64,000 nucleotides of DNA from Dudresnaya verticillata (lineage: Eukaryota): positions 1,860,001 through 1,924,000 of the forward strand of contig OZ374559.1 of assembly GCA_977862235.1 (NCBI GenBank), in the 5' to 3' direction. The notes under the pieces are model-generated. The model saw nothing but the letters and a program-made list of their open reading frames with translations. It was not told the DNA's origin and did not search any database. The position numbers and the translations under genes were made by a program. This document shows, in pieces, positions 36,301 through 48,590 of this stretch (its first letter is position 1; each line of letters starts with the position of its first letter).

Positions 36301-36788
36301 GCCCACACAAAACGACGCACGTGTCCAAACGCGCGCTGCACGCCCAACCAGCGCGCAGAACGCGGAACGCATCGTCTGCCGCTTGTTAGGGCCTTTTGTT
36401 GCCGATGCCGGTGCGCACTCAAAACCGTCCTATAAAGTTTAATATCACTTCTTTTAGGGCGACGCTGTGCGCCGGACCGGATAGTACCTCTTGCCGGATT
36501 CTCTCACGGCGCCCGCCACGTGGCCGCGTGGCCACGTGGCAGGAACTCGCCGCCGTCGCTTACTCCGTCGCGGGCCAGTGGTATTTACTCCGTCACGGAC
36601 GATCCCTCTTCGTAAACTCCCGGCATCGCAGCCGAAGCTTTTGCCTTCACCATGTAGGTTACCGCAAGTCACCTCGCTCGGAGTTCCCTCCAGTCATCAC
36701 AGACGCGCTCCCCGTCGCTGAGTTTCTTCCTCTTCTCTGCAATGCCACAACACACTTTCTCCGCACCCGCCATCGCCTTTGCTTTCCT

Positions 36789-39700
36789 TTACGTCTCCAC
36801 CTCCAACAGCAACACCTGTCCGCTTTGCAGCCCGACGACCACTCGACCTTCTGCAGTACTAGACACGCCCAAAGCTGCCGGAAGGGTCGCGAGAATCGGC
36901 CCGTCCTGCCCGAGGCGCACTGACCGCCCCGAGACCCGTACGACAGCCTCCGCTGCAGACCCGCTCCGATGGCTTCCACTCCCGCGCAGCACTTCACTCT
37001 CACCAACTCTTCCAACAGCCGCCTCAATCTCCCGCAGACCATTTCCACTCACCTCAAAGTAACGCTCGTTCCCTTTCCGACCACGAGCCTTCACAGTACT
37101 CGCCCCAAAACTTCCAACACTCACAACCGATGACGAAAGCGTTTTCGGATCGCCCACGGGCTTGCCGCTCCCCAACTCCCACACCCGCAACGTCTTGTCC
37201 CACGACCCGGACACGACGTGCCGCCCGTCTGGCGTCACCGCCACGCACCACACCCAATTCGTGTGACCGCGCAACGGCTCCCCCACGGGCTTGCGGCTCC
37301 CCAACTCCCACACCCGCAACGTCTTGTCCTCCGACCCGGACACGACGTGCCGCCCGTCTGGCGTCACCGCCACGCACCACACCCAATTCGTGTGACCGCG
37401 CAACGGCTCCCCCACGGGCTTGCCGCTCCCCAACTCCCACACCCGCAACGTCTCGTCCCACGACCCGGACACGACGTGCCGCCCGTCTGGCGTCACCGCC
37501 ACGCACCGCACCCAATTCGTGTGACCGCGCAACGGCTCCCCCACGGGCTTGCCGCTCCCCAACTCCCACACCCGCAACGTCTCGTCCTCCGACCCGGACA
37601 CGACGTGCCGCCCGTCTGGCGTCACCGCCACGCACCGCACCCAATTCGTGTGACCGCGCAACGGCTCCCCCACGGGCTTGCCGCTCCCCAACTCCCACAC
37701 CCGCAACGTCTCGTCCTCCGACCCGGACACGACGTGCCGCCCGTCTGGGGTCACCGCCACGCACCACACCGTATTCTCGTGGCCGATGTACTCGCGGATG
37801 ACAACACTGCTTTCCAAGTCGATGAGCACTACTTTGTTCCCAATTCCTGCCACAACTTTTCCCTCATCCCCTGTCACAGCCAAGCTCTCTACACTGCCCG
37901 CACATGGGATTTCCATCTCTTGTCGACCACCAGGAATGTTCCAGCACCGAGTTAATGATCGAACTCGAGGTGTGGGGGACACCTTGCTGGCCGTCTCAAG
38001 GTACCGCCGCACGAGCCATGACTCATCGCATGAGTCCACCAACCGCGACTGCATCTGGAACATCAGCTCCCTCTGGTTTCGAAAAATGAACGGCCAGCTC
38101 TCTCGCGCTGCTGCCCGCAGCAACTTCATGCCCGCATCGAAATCTTCTTCACCAACCAACCCATTTGCCAAGCACGCCCACCGCAACTCTTTCACATTCT
38201 CCTTCCACCCAGGGATGTCCAAAGGACTGCTATCTATGGTCATCCATCGTGGGTCAAGAAGAAGGCTGGCAAATTCCGTGTCACTCGGAGCTGGTATACG
38301 CTGCGAAATAATCGCCACCACATCAGCCATAGTGCAACGCTCCTTCCACTTCGACCGTAAACAACGCGACGCAGCCGACCTCATCGCCTCATCCCCAATT
38401 GAGTCCGCCCACCCTCGTGTGACTGCTCCAAGCTGATCCTCTCTTGCTAGAACCAGGGCGTTCATGAAATCCAGTTCTGAAAAGGACGTCGCCCCACCCC
38501 CCAGGAAACATAAAAGTAGTCCAAAGCTCCACACATCCCACGACGGACGCGTCGGTGCCTTTCTTTGGTCCTTGAGCACCTCTGGTGGCATGAAAACAAC
38601 CGTCCCTGACGCAGCTCCTCTACTACTCCTCAGCGTATACGTTTCCATCTGCTTGGTCACCTGCACTTCTCGCGATACGCCAAAGTCGCACAGCTTGGCA
38701 GGCCTCACAACCTCACCGTCCCTAACACGCAACAACACGTTTTCAGGCTTCACGTCCCTGTGAACAACGCTCTTCTCGTGCAGATGTGCGAGCGCAGCAG
38801 CCACATCCAGCGCGATACCCTTTCTCACAGCCATGTCCTCCACCGCTTCTCAGCATTCTTGAATCGCTTCGTGGAGGCTGCAGGTCATGCGTTCTAGAAC
38901 AATCATCGGGTTGTGACCGTCTTCTGTCTCATCGCTCTTCGCCCAGATGGCCCCATGTGCCTCCAAGATACAGCGATGCCGGTACTGAATCAGGCCGTGC
39001 ACCTCACGCAAAAACTTTGGCTTGAACTTCTCCAGTTCCGGCTTCTTTACCTTTAGCTCTTTGACTGCCACTTCCAGGAATGTTTCACCTTGGCGGAGCT
39101 TCGCTTTGTACACCCTGCTGAAACCACCTTCACCCAACTCGACCCATCCTCCCCTTCTGCCTTTCTCAAACACCAAGTCGTCAAACTTCAACTCCCACCG
39201 AGTCTGGAAGTTGTCTATCTTCTGCTGTAGCTTCCGTTTCACATCTTCCGGGACATCGCTTTTCGCTATCAACTTCATCGCCATGGGCAGCGATGATATG
39301 AATTGGATCTCGTCCTCCTCCTCCTTATCAAGCTGTTCAGATTGTATACTCATTGTCGGGCCTGGAGAGTGGGGCGAGGTCTGACTGGGGCTACTCGAGC
39401 TGCTCGGATCTGTTCCTTGAAGTCGCGCAGAAGTGGCATCGATTGAGACCACCTCATCTTGTGCCGTCACGTCTCCCGCAGAGGAAGAGCTCGGAACGTC
39501 TTTGATGACATGCTTGTGCAACAGTTCATATATTTCACTGAGGCGGGAGTCATGGATCTGAAAGTGTTTCACCATGAGCCGGCAAGCATCCAAGTGTCTT
39601 TCTAGCCCTGTCACAAGAGATTGTACCTTTATGATCGCCTCACGAGCTTCGATGCCGCCTAGCAACGAGCGTAAAGGCTTTCGTTTGTCTACCTGCTGCG

Positions 39701-39944
39701 AAAGTGCCTTCAAATGGCGCTGGACCATTTCCAACTCTGCTCTAATGTGGCTGCTGGTGTCGTCGTGGGTGGCGGAGAGGTAGTGGTTGTTGCGAAAGTC
39801 TTGAGAAGCCAAGCGAATACGTTGAATGCCATTGGCTATCGTCACGAAGGATGTTGCGTTTTGTTTGCGAGCTTCAAGACTATTACGAATCTGCTGAACA
39901 ACCTTGATACTAATCTCGATGAGAGAAATCACAGAGTCCACCAT
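36789..39944 (-). pseudogene. MLKL-like helical domain + TKL-type kinase + WD40 repeat protein with one in-frame TGA (38850-38852); pseudogene or readthrough gene
   Basis: ORFs 38850-40058 and 36789-38843 are in frame (TGC TGA GAA GCG GTG). Motifs GEGGFS, VAVK, FLREV, HRDVKPEN, DFG, FMPPE, DVWSFG, then GH..WE repeats. Likely ATG at 39944. Confidence 0.85.
37150..37784 (-). repeat. WD40 coding repeats, 129 bp x5, near-identical
   Basis: GHTNWV[R/W]CVAVTPDGRHVVSGS[E/W]D[E/K]TLRVWELGS[G/R]KPVGEPLR; the first unit begins GHENTVW. Confidence 0.95.
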
Positions 39945-40059
39945 CGTGTGAAGGCAAAAAACGCCAACAGAAGGAAGCAACTGGATTTGGTCTTGTGATG
40001 AATCGGCAGTTGGCGAGCTTGACGATAGTGGAAACGACTCAAAAGCCGGAGTTTCCAAA

Positions 40060-40143
40060 TCTGTTCCCCGTCAACCGCCGCCCAATCTGCTCGGCGTCAA
40101 CCGCCGCCCAAACTCGTTTGGGCGGCGGTTGACGGGGAACAGA
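40060..40143. repeat. Perfect 26-bp inverted repeat with a third internal arm copy
   Basis: TCTGTTCCCCGTCAACCGCCGCCCAA (40060-40085) pairs with 40118-40143. Alternatively 40095-40113 pairs with 40116-40134. Confidence 0.9.
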
Positions 40144-40924
40144 CCGTTGCAGTTTCGTACTTGGAAAGTTCTTGTGAAGCAGAAAACGCTTGTGGGCTCG
40201 CGTCGTTCACGCCAGTATCCACCAAGGGTAGTGCGCCCGGGTCGGGTGCGTACGAGTCTGTGAGTTCTCCGCGGTTTTTCTGAATATCGGTTGTGATGTC
40301 GACACCGCCGTTGGTGGTCACACAGCTCAGATGTATTCTCAGTCACAGACTCGCCTGCGGGGCGCAACAAAGCGGGTCACTGGAAGCTGTATGACTTCAT
40401 CTGCTTGCACACTTCTCCAGTCGAGTCGCAAGGACAGCCAAGAAATGCGGTCGAAAGGGTTGTCGGGATTGGTCGGAACTGCTCCGAATCAGCACAAACG
40501 GGCAAACTTGTTGTAAGTGCGGAAGCAGCCCTTGAGCGACAAGCACAGCAGAATCAGTCAGCCATTGGCTTTCCGCGCTTGACGGTGGGACATTGCCAGG
40601 GACGGTTCTGCACTGTTGGCATCACCAAACAATTGCTCGCGCAAGCACTTGATACGGTACCCAACCGGACCAACTACTGCGTTGAATGCACACACATCTC
40701 CCCGTCCACCATCGCGCAAAACACTACGCGCCGGCAAATCTCGTTCTCGCGAGGCAGGCACAACTTGTGCCCGACGCTGCGGCACACATTTCTTGCGCAT
40801 GCTTGTGGTTCCCACAGCAAGCGTCCCGGAGGCGCGGCTTTCGCGCGCAGCTTGTCCGCCACCTAGCGGGCGCTGTCGACGGGCGGCGCCGCTGAGCTCC
40901 ACGAGCAGCAGCGTGGCAGATGTT

Positions 40925-41071
40925 GGTACACCGACGAAAATACGTAGTTTCTCTGGACTTCTTGTCAATTGAATTGCAACGTTTTTGGTGAAGCAGTTTC
41001 CAGACAGCGCCGTGCTGCATACGCAGGCCTGTCATCCTACGGAGCAGAGCGCAAGTTAAAAAGAGTACTAA
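40925..41071. repeat. 147-bp junction fragment: direct copy of 34804-34950, inverted copy of 43362-43508
   Basis: Shared CACCGACGAAAATACG...GCGCAAGTTAAAA sequence. Confidence 0.9.
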
Positions 41072-44000
41072 GCCGTTCAAGATATTTGATTTACTGTTTA
41101 TCGTTCAAGTAGTTGAGCAGTTAAATACCAGATATGTTGTTACGATTATTCCAGCAGTCCACGACTACGGTCTGATAGAACTAGCTGTTTTGTTACGTTT
41201 ATGTTACGTCTAGCACTGCAGTTGAATTCATGCTACAGACCATGTTTTAGGGCAAACTGTGGTCTATTTATACTGACCTTCTCGTGGTCTGCAATAGGCA
41301 TAGCTATCGAACCACAACAATACTTACCAACTTATCAGCACCCATTCATCCCTTTCTGCATCTCGTTCCGTTTGGTCAGCATTCCCTTCCTCAATGTGCC
41401 CCTTTTCCTTCATCAAAAACTGTGTATGCTCTGTGCGTGATGAAGGTTGAAACGGAGTCTGACCAATATGGGGGAGCCCTCTGTGCATTAGTAGGATGGC
41501 CCATCCTACTAATATAATACAAAAGCAGCACCCACCTTGGATGGGTGCTTCTTTCGTATAAAATAAAAGCTAGTATTGTGTTGACTTGACCGAGAGCTTT
41601 CAGAGAAAGATCAGCAAACCTGTTGCTTCAGGCGCCGTATTTCGTACCAGTCCTGTTGCCCGATTGCGCAGAACCGAACTTCAAACGAAGATATATTAGT
41701 TGTTTGACATACAGGATATATGTTGTATACACTTGTTGCTTTGCGTAACCATCCAAGTGGAGTTGACAGGAACAGTTACTGTATCAATATATCCTTGTCA
41801 TATAAGAAATCACTGGAATACCGTGTATGCTTAGCTGTTACGGAAAAGGTAAGTGTAATAGGTTATCCCCAGCATTAGCTAGCTGGGTATAAACTACAGT
41901 CTGTTCTTTCTGTGAGAGCTCTGCTTCAAATTCAACATAAAGTATTTTGCTTGAATGACGCAAGAGGCTGACAACCAAGCCGAGGAAACCGCTTGTGCAA
42001 TGTCTCGCTTTACACCCGCCATACTGCCATGCATTCAATGCAGGTGCCTCGTCTGCAATCCGTTGTATGTTCTTCTTTTCTCAAAGCAGGGACGCAACTG
42101 TGATCAGTGTGCAATTTCCCTTCGAGATGCATGGAGTGACTCGTGAACATTATGGATAGGAGCATGGCATTCATTTGTTAAGGCTCCGAAGCAGCGTCGA
42201 TGAATGGCTGAGAGCGAACTATCAGGAAGCCACGTCGGTCCCAAATCTGGAGCTTTTCCTTATTAAACATAAAAACATAAATAATAATATGGAAAATAAG
42301 ATTAAACAAACATCTCTCCTCGCCCGTATTCTTCACTGTTCTCCTTTGTTGCGCCCTCACTCTTGGAAAGGATGGGGAAGTGCCAGTTCAAAGGGTTTCC
42401 GATGGATTCAATAAAACATGCCGTCTTCCTGTACAAGGGTGCATGCAAAGCCATCAGCGCTTCAAAGCGTGCAGAGCCATCAGCGGTTTAATGCTTGTTT
42501 CTCAAATCTTCTTTCCCACCATCACCTGGATCCGAATACCCGTCGCGGTATCGTCCTGTAATAAAGCCTGGCATGCGTTGCGAGCCATCATGGGCAGGAG
42601 GGGCTTCAATAGAGTTCAGTGTTTCATTGTCATAGCCAACAAAATTGATCATGCAAGGCTCAGAAACATTGTGTTTGAAGTATGTGTGCTCAACTGCGCA
42701 GAATGCCCATTCTGCGGCGGAAATTGGTACCTCCCTTGCTTTGCTAGTATCCTTTCTCCGCCCCTTAGGCCTGTCCTCTATCCTCGAGGGCAGGACTAAG
42801 AGGAGACTCCTTTCACCTGCTTTGGCAACGGTCCCCTAACACCATTTGTATACATATACTGTTGTGGTATGCGTATCGCTGTGTCGGAATGCAGCCCCAA
42901 GTAGATGGCAGCACGACACAGCGATGCGCATACCACAACTTGTATATGGTACATATGTATACTACATATATAAGCAAAGCATGTCTTTGTGACGCTACGC
43001 GCACATGCTTCGACATTGAGCGTATACGAAAATGTGAATCAGGTACGGGCTATCGACCAAAAGCAAAGGCGTCCGTGTCTAGAATCGGAAGTGGGGGCTA
43101 TTAATCGAAATCCGGTTTCAAACAGGCGTAGCAGTAAATCTAAAGCTGCTCTCTTGGGTGAAAGACAGACAGGAATAAGTTTGTATGACTTTCATTAGTA
43201 TCACAACACACAAACGGTACTCGAGGAGTCTGGATACAGGAGTCATTAAAACCGCGTTTGAAACGCGGGCTGTTCTGTGTTGCAACATGCTGAAATACTG
43301 TCATCCTTTGACAAAAGTTAGTACCGCGAGCATGCTCATGCTGTGTCTGCATGTGAAGAGTTTAGTATTCGTTTTAACTTGCGCTCTGCTCCGTAGGATG
43401 ACAGGCCTGCGTATGCAGCACGGCGCTGTCTGGAAACTGCTTCACCAAAAACGTTGCAATTCAATTGACAAGAAGTCCAGAGAAACTACGTATTTTCGTC
43501 GGTGCACCTCGTCATCTCCTTTCAAGCATCGTTCGAAAGCCTCAACGCTGCGATCACAGAGCTTGAACAGATTCAAGCTAATGTTTCAAATGGCAGCTCT
43601 GCACCGTGATGTTCTCCATTATAGAACAGGCACCCCCCATGGAGGTGTTCAGATAGAGGATAGCAATGAATGAGATCATGACTGATGCACATAATATCCA
43701 GGACGCATAATCGCTACTCTCCTTCCGAGGGTTTTAAGAGTCCTCGGCGACAATCGACGTGTATTTCAATATGTAATGGTACGTGTCGTGGATGCTTTCT
43801 TCTGCATCTCCGAAGGCTCTATGATAAATAAACCTTCACAGTACCATCCAGATCCGTCGCAGAAGCACTAAATACAAAAGAAAAGTTCCCCACTCTCGTT
43901 CTGCACAATACAAAGAAATAAACTTTCATATTGCAGAAGTGTTCTCAAAGGAGTTCAACGTAGAGTGTTATCTTGTTTTCTCTTCCCACGGGTTTTTAAC

Positions 44001-44940
44001 AGATGCTTCATTATTTATTATCTCGAGTATGGCATAAAGCCCATGGTTTCTCTTCGAGCACAGAGCCCGTGAGGCCGCAACACTACGGCATGTTGGACTT
44101 ATTTGCAACAGAATTCCAATATGGAAGTTGTAGTGCTTTGATGGTTCTCGTGTCACCTTTTCCAGGCCCATTTGCAGTCTCTCCCGTAGATCTGCTAGTG
44201 TCAAACTGCCAACCCCACCTTCTTACCCGGGATGAACTTCCCCCAGCCAAAAACATCAGCTGGGCTCTCCTTCAAGGATCTCTTGCTAGCACCATTTTGC
44301 AGCGCTCCGGCATTCGCCATCTTTTTTCTCGCCCTGCAAGAGTGTTCAAGAGAGCCCGTGCCGTTTTATTTCTCCATCATTCCTCTTCTCCGGAAAAGTT
44401 TCAAAGTACCGAAAATGCTTCATACGCATTCCCAGTAACCAGGAATAGCTCTATGACTTCATAACTACGTATCCTTCCTGAGGGGAGAAGGGAAAAGGAT
44501 CTAATAACCAAGCGCTAATAATTGCAGTCGGCATACTTGAATGTTTAGCCCGCGAAAGCAGTTTACTGCATCTTTGTATTGCAACAAAGACAAACAGCAA
44601 ACAACCCTCTCACCTCCCAGGCCCATCTACGAAATAGAATTGAAGAGAAAAGTAATCCCTGCTAGTCAAGTATTATTGCTGTCCCATTTGGTTCCTGTTT
44701 GACGGCAACCAGGACCAGGTCAACCAGACGTGCTGCGCATGAATATACCAGAGGGCTAGGAGCTTCAGCGGCCATGAAATCAGAATCTCCAACAAATCGC
44801 CTCTCCCTATCCTGGTCCTGAACACTATATAAAGCAACGACGCATCCCAGTTTGTGGGATTCATTCATCAGACACGCAACACTCAGTTGCACCTGAATAC
44901 AACATCAATTCAGAAAAGCTTTCCAAGTCCACCCCACACC

Positions 44941-45315
44941 ATGAAGATTACCGCTATGCTCTGCATCTGCCTAGCATTCGCAGCTCTACATGCATCAAAT
45001 GGACGATTTATTTCCGGTGACCAGCAGACAGAAGCCGTCAAGGTCAAGAAAAATATGCTCTTCACTCAAGGCGAGAACGCTGCAGAGATCCCAGCCTTTC
45101 CTTCTGAGCAACGTGATGGCCGCTTCAATGCCATTACTGTTCGCCAGGGCTATTATAGTACCGCTCCTCGACCACCGCCTCCCCCTCCGGCGGCGTGCCC
45201 GTGCAGATGCACGACGCATACAAATGCAGTTCAACAGTGCAGAAGGTTCTCTGAACGAAGGTGCTGGCTGCAGCCACAGAAATGTAGTGGAGATCGGGTC
45301 ATGTGCTGTTGCTAA
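44941..45315 (+). CDS. Secreted Cys-rich prepropeptide, copy B
   Basis: As copy A. TATATAAA at 44826-44833 and CACACC-ATG context. Confidence 0.8.
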   Translation: MKITAMLCICLAFAALHASNGRFISGDQQTEAVKVKKNMLFTQGENAAEIPAFPSEQRDGRFNAITVRQGYYSTAPRPPPPPPAACPCRCTTHTNAVQQCRRFSERRCWLQPQKCSGDRVMCCC

Positions 45316-47743
45316 GTTTTTTGTGGTCTTTTTCTCCTTTTAGCTGGACAAGCAATTCACGAATAAGATTGTTTTAGTTCTCAAATAGCCTCTTATTGCA
45401 ATAAATATTGCTGTGAAATGCGTTAGAGTTGGACTACTGATTCATGATCGTGTACTTTCTTTGGTACTAGTAGATAGCATCCATTAGGGAAGACGTCTCG
45501 CTTTGATAAAAGGATACATGCTCCTTTTCTGCAATTGTGGATGGAATGGCCCCCTCTTTTGGATACCAAGTGTAGTACTTACTGACTCTCTTTGGATTTT
45601 CTATCGCGATGTTAAAGAAGGCTAATCATTCAGCTCTTTGAAGAAGGGAATCCTGCAAACCTACTTCATATCTCCAACTTTTGTCCATACAAATCCTGTC
45701 CCAATGTTTCCATCCGCTGACGCTGTTGAAGCGAACGGCGAAGGAAATCGCAGTGATGGGTATTGTGGGATATTTGGTGAGGTAGATCTGCCTGTCACGA
45801 CGTCTTTAATCCCAATGATGGTTACAAACGTTGAGTCATGTTACCTTCCGGAAAATAAATACGGTAAGGTAATGCTCCCTCGGTAAAAGTAATCTATTAG
45901 GCTAAGAGAGCATCTATAGACTGCATGGGTTATCATAGATTTATGCTTGGAACTTTGCCGTATATTAATAATGCGATGCGAAATGAAGGTATTGTTTCAC
46001 TGACTTGTTTCGGAACGGATGCTTTATGGGATTTTTATGACCATAGCTTCAATCTCGGTCTTAATTGACATCGCTCTTGAATGTAGGATTTCGTCTTCGT
46101 TTGACTCCAGCCGTTCTTCGTTAGCCCGTGTAAGAGCCATTCCGCTCATCTTAATATTTTATATATTCAACGGCATACTGAAAATGAGGTCTTACACCTT
46201 TGCAAGTGCATGCGATATGGAATTTGTTGCTAATGTTTCTGGCGAAACTCTGCGTTTCTCGACGTCGAACCGTCGGGAATTAAGCCCAAGTCCACTTCTG
46301 GACGAAGCAACAAGGCCACCACTGATCCATTGTATCTTCTGGTAGGCATATATTTGCTTAGACGTGCGGTGCAATGCATATACAAACAAAACTGGCTTGT
46401 CGTGGGTGCGCCAAATGTAGTTCTTGACGTCTTGTTGCCAGATTATCTTAGTTGGTTCATTAGGACGGAACCATAATATTCACTTCCAGACCTTGCTGCA
46501 GGTTCATCTAAATATTCCCTCAATCGGTATCCGTGAACGGAATGCATACATTTATCTGCGTGCAATACCAGCAGTCGAACTATATTAAGAGTGGTTTTGT
46601 ATTGTTGTTTCAACTTTTCAAATTATAGGACTAGAACCGACGCAGGGACCCAATTACTTCTCAACAGTCTTCACAAGATGTTGGCGCATTGTGTTTGTTG
46701 CCTTCTAATGCATAAACGTCCCGTTACTACCGTACCTCATTTGTTCATGTGATACCCGCGCACACGTCGATGAATATCTCTCCGTTCTGACGATGATTCC
46801 CCCGTACCTATGACAGCTTTATTGAATTCACGAAGGGGTGATAATTTGGGGCACACACCGATCTATTTGGACACAGCGCTGAAGATGCCGTTTTTGCAGA
46901 TGAGATGGAAATGTTATGTGGGCACATTTGTGTATCTGCAAGCAACTGGACATCGCGTACGGTATTCCAGGTATTTTCTAAATCTTGCTTCTAATAACGA
47001 TGAGAGCAGAAAAATGCGATTCCGCTGAACAACTTGGCTTGAAAAGAGCTGTTCTGTTCACTCATGGCTGAACCACTACTATTTTTTCTGTTTATCGTTC
47101 AAGCACTGCCGTTCAAGCTATTTGTTTTACTGCTTATCGTTCAAGCCGTCGGCATTTACATACTAGATATGTTGTTATGATTATTTCTAGCGGTTCACGG
47201 CTACGGTCTGATAGAACTAGCTGTTTGTTAGGTTTATGTTACGTCTAGTACAGCAGTTTTATTCACGCTATAGACTACATTGTAGCGCAGACTGTGGTCT
47301 ATCTATACTGACCTTCTCGAGGTGCAGCAGTTTTAGACATCGAACTACAACAACACTTACCAACTTATCAGTACCCATTCATCCTGTCCTTCATCACTTT
47401 CCCTTTTGTCAGCGTTCCCTTCCTCAGCGCGCCCCTTCCCTTTTCAATCCCCATGAAGCCATACCGGAATTTTTCTAAATCGTTGGCGGGAAATAGACCT
47501 GCGGGCTGCGGGTAAGGGATCAAATCGCGTGAGTGTCATCATCATCGTCAAAACATTATTGAAGCAAGATGAACAGCGGAAACCCCTAATGACTCAGCAG
47601 CTGATGACTATTGGAAGGCCTGGACAAACTGGACCTCTACGATTCATTGCGAGGGCTGTGAGCTGGAGAATGCGGGAAACCAGGGGTGAAACTAACGAAT
47701 GGTATTGGGAATGGAGTGCTAGGATTTGTTCCCCGGCACGTGG

Positions 47744-48590
47744 CTAGGAAGGAAGCGAGCTTTTGGAGTGCAGTACGGCATTCGGGACCAATGCTGCCGT
47801 GGATGTCAAAGCCCGGCGGCTGAAGCGAAATAGAATGTGATGGAAATCTTTACTCAAAGTTAAAGGTGAGCTTAGGCGGGCAACATAGGCCCGTTTACAA
47901 GCGCATCGGCACATCGTGCCAACGGAAGGCCAGTGCTGCGAGGATAGAGGAGGATGGTGGTGGGGGTGGGGGTGGGGCGGGGAGCAGGAGAATGTGCTGC
48001 ACAAACGGTGCGATACTTGCGATTCTTCCCCGTTCAGCGACTTGGGCGGCCCCTGCAGGAATTACAGCTGCCTTGGACACAGCGCGAGCAGTAGAGGGAG
48101 CAACAATAGTAAGGTCATATCTAAGGCATGAATCAGAAAAGGCAGGATCATCCAACACCAAGTCGAAACTTCAAAGATCGTCCTGGAAACGAAAAGACTG
48201 CTCTCTTGTTACAGAAAGCCCGATAGACAGGTGTCGGAGATGGGAAAAAAGGGGGTCCCGAATAGAATTGTGACGACGAGTTGAGCCTTGGGCACAGGGA
48301 CATGTGGAAGCATGATACCCGAAACGGCCAAGGGAAACCACGCGACCAGAAACGGAGAGACAAGCAGAACAAGGGAGATCTGGCGCAACTACAGGTGCGC
48401 CCAAACGCAAGTCGAGCATGGTAGCCCAGTAGCCCAGGTGATACAGAGGTGCCTCGGCGTGGATCGGGGAATGCAGTCAAGGCCGTACGACATTTCAAAC
48501 TACCACAGGAGAGAAGCCGGGTCCTTTTGACACGATCTGGAATCCAGAGGCTTGTGCCTGTGTGCTTGCTACCTGTTTTAAAAAAAAGAT
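47744..48590 (-). mobile_element. Degenerate CRE-like non-LTR fragment (copy in unit 1)
   Basis: LPCSAC..GYHASTC..TRRHN; mirror of 24900-25730. Confidence 0.65.

Noticed and set aside
37054..37955. Alternative-frame repetitive ORFs over the WD40 array
   Set aside because: By-products of the stop-poor 129-bp repeat.
38850..38852. Selenocysteine codon
   Set aside because: Not a redox-motif context and no SECIS recognisable by eye; nonsense mutation is simpler.
41525..41575. Hairpin followed by CTAG|T as a Helitron 3' end explaining the tandem array
   Set aside because: Spacing of about 20 nt is longer than canonical, the junction is not CTAG|TC, CTAG is absent in the copy at about 2430, and there is no Rep/helicase.
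41900..42800. Stop-interrupted minus-strand reading frame that may be a decayed gene
   Set aside because: No recognisable motif; cannot assign without a search.
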